The notes beneath the pieces are model-generated. The model did no database searches, was not told the origin of the DNA, and saw only the letters and a program-made list of their open reading frames with translations. The position numbers and the translations under genes are program-made. A DNA stretch of 60,685 bases, counting the filler, from a candidate division WOR-3 bacterium (lineage in GTDB: Bacteria; SDB-A): assembly GCA_016934535.1 (NCBI GenBank). It is 4 parts of 4 records of this genome, joined end to end, with 100 filler letters (N's around TTAATTAATTAA, not from the genome) between each part and the next. Parts side by side here need not be neighbours in the genome. Positions count along the whole stretch, not along the records: positions 56,301 to 60,685 come from JAFGSQ010000055.1; 3 more parts are not named here. The stretch is one strand, 5' to 3'. Of this stretch, positions 57,162 through 60,685 are shown piece by piece. Positions within the stretch are counted from its first letter, which is position 1. Each line of letters begins with the position of its first letter.

Positions 57162-58632
57162 AGACGAGATCGCCGTCTATGTAAACCTGTTCGATCTTCA
57201 GACTGTCGAGATTCGTATCGCGAGGTATTTCCGACAAAACGACGAAGTCGGCTCTTTTTTCTTTTTTTATTTCACCCCGGTCAAAATCGCCCAAAGACTG
57301 TGCGGAGTCGAGAGTGTAGTGTTTAATAGAGTTTTCGAGGTTCACTTTCTGTGATTCAAAAAACGCATTTATCGCTCCGTGAATCCCCCATAATGGTCCC
57401 GGAGGCATGGTGTCGCTTCCGAAACAAAGCCTGCATCCGGCTTTTTCAATTTTTGAAAGCGGATTGTTGTTTTTGAGAATATTTTCAGGCAGGCATTTTT
57501 CATACAATTGCGCGGGTCCGGACCACGCTCTTATAAAATTTGGCTGCATGCTGAGATAGACGCCGATTTCTGCGGCGCGTTCGATGAGCTTTTCGGAAGG
57601 AAGCTCGAAATGTTCTATTCTGAAGTTCTTTTTATCGTAATCTCCGAAAGCCTCGAAGGCGCCGAGAGCCTGCGAAATAGCTCTGTCTCCTATTGCGTGC
57701 ATCCAGACTTTTTTTCCGGCATCCACAGCCGAACGCACGTACGAGATGACGTCGGCATCGGAAATCAAAAGCGCTTCGGGATCGGATTTTCCCGTGTCCA
57801 GCCATGGGAAAGACACCGCCGCGGTTCTCGCACCAATAGATCCGTCCAGAAAAATTTTTAATGCAGTTATGTGCTCCATGCCTTCGTCTTGATTCCGGTA
57901 AAGCGACATGAAATCTTTTTCGACAGCGGCGAATCTGAACCTCAGTTTTAAATCTCGCGCCGAAAGAATTTTTTTTCTCGATGCATTCGATGTTATCTCG
58001 CCGACGGAGGTGACGCCCATAGAGAAATATTTTCGGACTGCTTTTTTCAGGGCGTCCATGAACTGCTGATCGTCGGGCGGGAACATCTCGTTTATTCTAA
58101 GAACGGGAATCTCTTTAAGGACGCCAGTTTCAATATCGGTCATATCTTTTCTGAATCCCTGTAAAAAAGGCGCTTTTTCAGATATGGCCGTAAGAGCGGG
58201 AGTGTTTGCAACTGCCAAGTGTCCGCATACCCTTCTCGCGACCAACGGTTTAACAGATGACAATGAATCGAGGTCTTCCTTTGTGAATTTTCCGGGTGGT
58301 TTCCAAAGACTTTCATCGTAATCACACGCCAGATAATGATCTGACGCCGGATTGTTTTTAATGAAAGACGCCATCACATCGAGACATTCCTCTTTGTTGG
58401 AGGCGTTTGCCAGATAAGGTCCCGAAAGAGACAATCCCCACTGAGACAAATGGGTATGGCAGTCTGTAAAACCCGGTAAAACAGGTTTGCCCAAAAGATC
58501 CTTTTCTTCGGTTCCTTCGATTGTGATCTTTTTCGGAACGGAGATGTCTTTTATGATCCCGTCCTGAACGAGAATATCGCTGAGCCTGTATGCAGAAAAT
58601 GGCAGACAATTTCTGAAAATGATTTCTTTCAA
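57154..58632 (-). CDS. Amidohydrolase family 3 (YtcJ-like)
   Basis: PGFTDCHTH, KIFLDGSIGARTA, HAIGDRA, RIEH and FGSD. Confidence 0.92.
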   Translation of the reverse strand: MKEIIFRNCLPFSAYRLSDILVQDGIIKDISVPKKITIEGTEEKDLLGKPVLPGFTDCHTHLSQWGLSLSGPYLANASNKEECLDVMASFIKNNPASDHYLACDYDESLWKPPGKFTKEDLDSLSSVKPLVARRVCGHLAVANTPALTAISEKAPFLQGFRKDMTDIETGVLKEIPVLRINEMFPPDDQQFMDALKKAVRKYFSMGVTSVGEITSNASRKKILSARDLKLRFRFAAVEKDFMSLYRNQDEGMEHITALKIFLDGSIGARTAAVSFPWLDTGKSDPEALLISDADVISYVRSAVDAGKKVWMHAIGDRAISQALGAFEAFGDYDKKNFRIEHFELPSEKLIERAAEIGVYLSMQPNFIRAWSGPAQLYEKCLPENILKNNNPLSKIEKAGCRLCFGSDTMPPGPLWGIHGAINAFFESQKVNLENSIKHYTLDSAQSLGDFDRGEIKKEKRADFVVLSEIPRDTNLDSLKIEQVYIDGDLVYD

Positions 58633-59498
58633 GGCGCAACAGCTGGTGAAATTGACGATCTTTCAGACATGTCTAAATCCAGAAATTCCTCTTTGTCAGG
58701 GGCATACAGCCTCACGTTTAGCAAAACAGAGTGTATTAACTGATCGGAAGCGTTTTGCAGGATATCGTTCAAAACCGTCACTGAAGCGGGATGTTCTGAC
58801 CTTATGAAAAAAAGAACGTACTGGTCGGCCTCCTCGAGAAAGATATCTTTGTTTCTCAGAAGAATTTCGGCGGCGGCTGAATCTTCGACAAGAAGAACGT
58901 CGACGGCTTTTTCACGAATGAACAGGTTGGAGTCGCACAAAAGCCGGGATGCGGTTTCAATTATATAATCCGGTATGTTTTGAAATTTTCCGATTGAAAT
59001 GATGGCGTTGAGTCTGACGGAAGGAATGCTGTCGCGCAGAAGAAAATGAAGAATAGTTAGATGTGAAGTGTCGGGGGCAACTCCGAGAGTTCTTGCAGCG
59101 TTTGATCTGACCCGCCAGTTCCCGTCGAAAGCGAGGTTGGCAGAAGCTTTTATGAGCGTTGTGTCTTTCATTTCTCCGGCTATGTAAACCGCCGATATTC
59201 TCATTTCTTCGTCGGGATCGTTCATCAATTTCAAAACTGTTTCTCGTGCTCTATCATTCATCAGCTTGAAAATTTCGATGATTGCTCCGAATTCCCTCGC
59301 CGAAGCGTTTTCGAGTTTTCCGCAGAGAAAATCAAGGACCTCTTCATCGCCTATTTCTGCGAAAGATTCTCTGGCCGGCTGATTCAGATCGAGCCAGTCG
59401 AATCTGCCGACAGAAGCCCTGACGAAAAGGCTGTCGAGAGGAGTGAGTTCAACCGGCATGATCGGGAGAGAGAGGACAAACAAAAAAGTGAACATCAT
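58629..59498 (-). CDS. HEAT repeat protein with hydrophobic N-terminus
   Basis: Repeats D...MRISAV..AG, WRVRSNAARTLG and SVRLNAIISIG. Confidence 0.8.
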   Translation of the reverse strand: MMFTFLFVLSLPIMPVELTPLDSLFVRASVGRFDWLDLNQPARESFAEIGDEEVLDFLCGKLENASAREFGAIIEIFKLMNDRARETVLKLMNDPDEEMRISAVYIAGEMKDTTLIKASANLAFDGNWRVRSNAARTLGVAPDTSHLTILHFLLRDSIPSVRLNAIISIGKFQNIPDYIIETASRLLCDSNLFIREKAVDVLLVEDSAAAEILLRNKDIFLEEADQYVLFFIRSEHPASVTVLNDILQNASDQLIHSVLLNVRLYAPDKEEFLDLDMSERSSISPAVAP

Positions 59499-60685
59499 AT
59501 CCCGTCCTCGATGTCGAGAAAGAGCCCGAGATCCGGCCTCAAAAATGAAGTCGAATCGCCTCCGATGCCGACGTATAAGTCATTTCCCCTTATATCTATA
59601 AAAAGTCCGGTGCCCCTGTATCCTCTTCTCGTGTCCGACCATCCTCTCGAATTTTCCGATATTTTTACGGCATATAAATCGTCGCCCGCCGATTCTATGA
59701 AAAAACTCCAGGAGTTGGCATTTCCGGCTCCCTGACAGAGTCCCTCGGCAGTATAAAAATCGTTCCCTCCCTCGTCTATTAATATTCCCGTCGAAAGGTC
59801 GTGTCCGCAGCCCTGAGAGACGGATTTACTGACATAAGTATCGTCTCCGTCGCTGTCTACAAGAACTCCGAGCGCAAGGTGAACTCCGGAACCCTGAACA
59901 TACTGAGAAGCGGTGTATGTGTCGTTGCCGAGCGCGTCGTACAATCCTCCGAAGGCGTACCAATAAGCGCAGCCCTGGGAAAAAACGTCCGAGTCGTATG
60001 TGTCGTTGCCTCCGCCGTCGACGAGCATTCCGAAACCTCCGGGAATGTCCGGCCTCAGACCTATTGAAAATCCCTGCCCGAACGCGAGATATCTTTGGCT
60101 GAACCTTAGATCGTCGAGATAAGCGCCCTTGCATACGTATGAATCATTTCCTGACAGGTCCGCGAGAAGACCAACGCCTGAAGTCCCCGCGCAGCCCTGG
60201 GAATACGCTTTCGAAAGATATCTGTCGTTTCCTGCTCTGTCCATCAGAACACCGATTCCGCATGCCGAAGAGCCGCAAGAACCGATCTCTCCGATATAAA
60301 TGTCGTCGCCGGACAAATCTTCGAGCAGAGCTATACCGAATATCGATGCGCCCAGGCAGGCGTATTTACCCTGATAGATGTCATCACCCAGGCTGTCAAT
60401 TATGACTGAGACGCCGCCGAATGTTCCGGCGACCGAAAAATCCGACGTCGCAAAATACCTGTCGTCTCCGGCGGCATCAACAATCAGCAATGTGGAAAAA
60501 ATATTTTCTCCCAAAAAATATTCGTCGTCGCCTCCGGAGTCGAATATAATCCCGCGATCTAGTTTGTATGTGTTAGGACCAATGCCGCCGATTATTACCG
60601 GCCCAGCCGGCCCGTCTTTCCATTTAACTATTTCTCCCGTGGCGTACGGGCACGCGGTCGGGTCGGGTTCGAAGTTCGAAAAATC
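59495..60685 (-). CDS. Gly/Asp-rich repeat protein (D-x-x-G-[DN]-D-x-Y repeats), 5'-truncated at window edge
   Basis: The frame is open to 60685 (DFSNFEPD...). About 12 units such as DSLGDDIY, DRAGNDRY and DGGGNDTY, each followed by an SQG.G...G.G.L segment. Confidence 0.8.
   Translation of the reverse strand, partial: DFSNFEPDPTACPYATGEIVKWKDGPAGPVIIGGIGPNTYKLDRGIIFDSGGDDEYFLGENIFSTLLIVDAAGDDRYFATSDFSVAGTFGGVSVIIDSLGDDIYQGKYACLGASIFGIALLEDLSGDDIYIGEIGSCGSSACGIGVLMDRAGNDRYLSKAYSQGCAGTSGVGLLADLSGNDSYVCKGAYLDDLRFSQRYLAFGQGFSIGLRPDIPGGFGMLVDGGGNDTYDSDVFSQGCAYWYAFGGLYDALGNDTYTASQYVQGSGVHLALGVLVDSDGDDTYVSKSVSQGCGHDLSTGILIDEGGNDFYTAEGLCQGAGNANSWSFFIESAGDDLYAVKISENSRGWSDTRRGYRGTGLFIDIRGNDLYVGIGGDSTSFLRPDLGLFLDIEDGI

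Overview
Bacterial DNA, moderately AT-rich and densely coding. It consists of four contigs (1-21811, 21912-47299, 47400-56200, 56301-60685) joined by artificial 100-nt N/TTAATTAATTAA/N spacers, so gene neighbourhoods across those joins cannot be trusted. Gene content (gingipain-like C25 protease, SurA-like and parvulin cluster, GT9, pyruvoyl arginine decarboxylase) suggests a diderm of the FCB superphylum or a related candidate lineage such as WOR-3; this is an inference. Contig 1 is accessory and metabolic: a GNAT-HDAC fusion, prolyl oligopeptidase, ASCH/DUF1848, a circularly permuted GH114-like lipoprotein, an intact but apparently catalytically dead RAYT/Y1 transposase coupled to a GT9, CorA, a hybrid kinase and a DHS-pdaD-speB polyamine operon. 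Contig 2 is mostly housekeeping: mrdA, mreD, hslUV, guaB, mazG, gmd, comM, deoC, tsaD, ispG, coaE, tRNA-Gly, rpmA, rplU and secG. Contig 3 has a C25 protease and four tandem parvulin foldases. Contig 4 has a CpsB-like phosphatase, an amidohydrolase, a HEAT protein and a GDDxY-repeat protein. No CRISPR array, rRNA, prophage or active IS was seen. The best leads are (1) the possibly domesticated HUH transposase, (2) strong enrichment of the Bacteroidetes-type D-(S/T)-hydrophobic O-glycosylation sequon in exported proteins, (3) the acetyl writer-eraser fusion, and (4) an agmatinase whose conserved N-terminus is only reachable via an ATT start or a +1 frameshift. All family assignments are from motif recognition by eye, with no database search.
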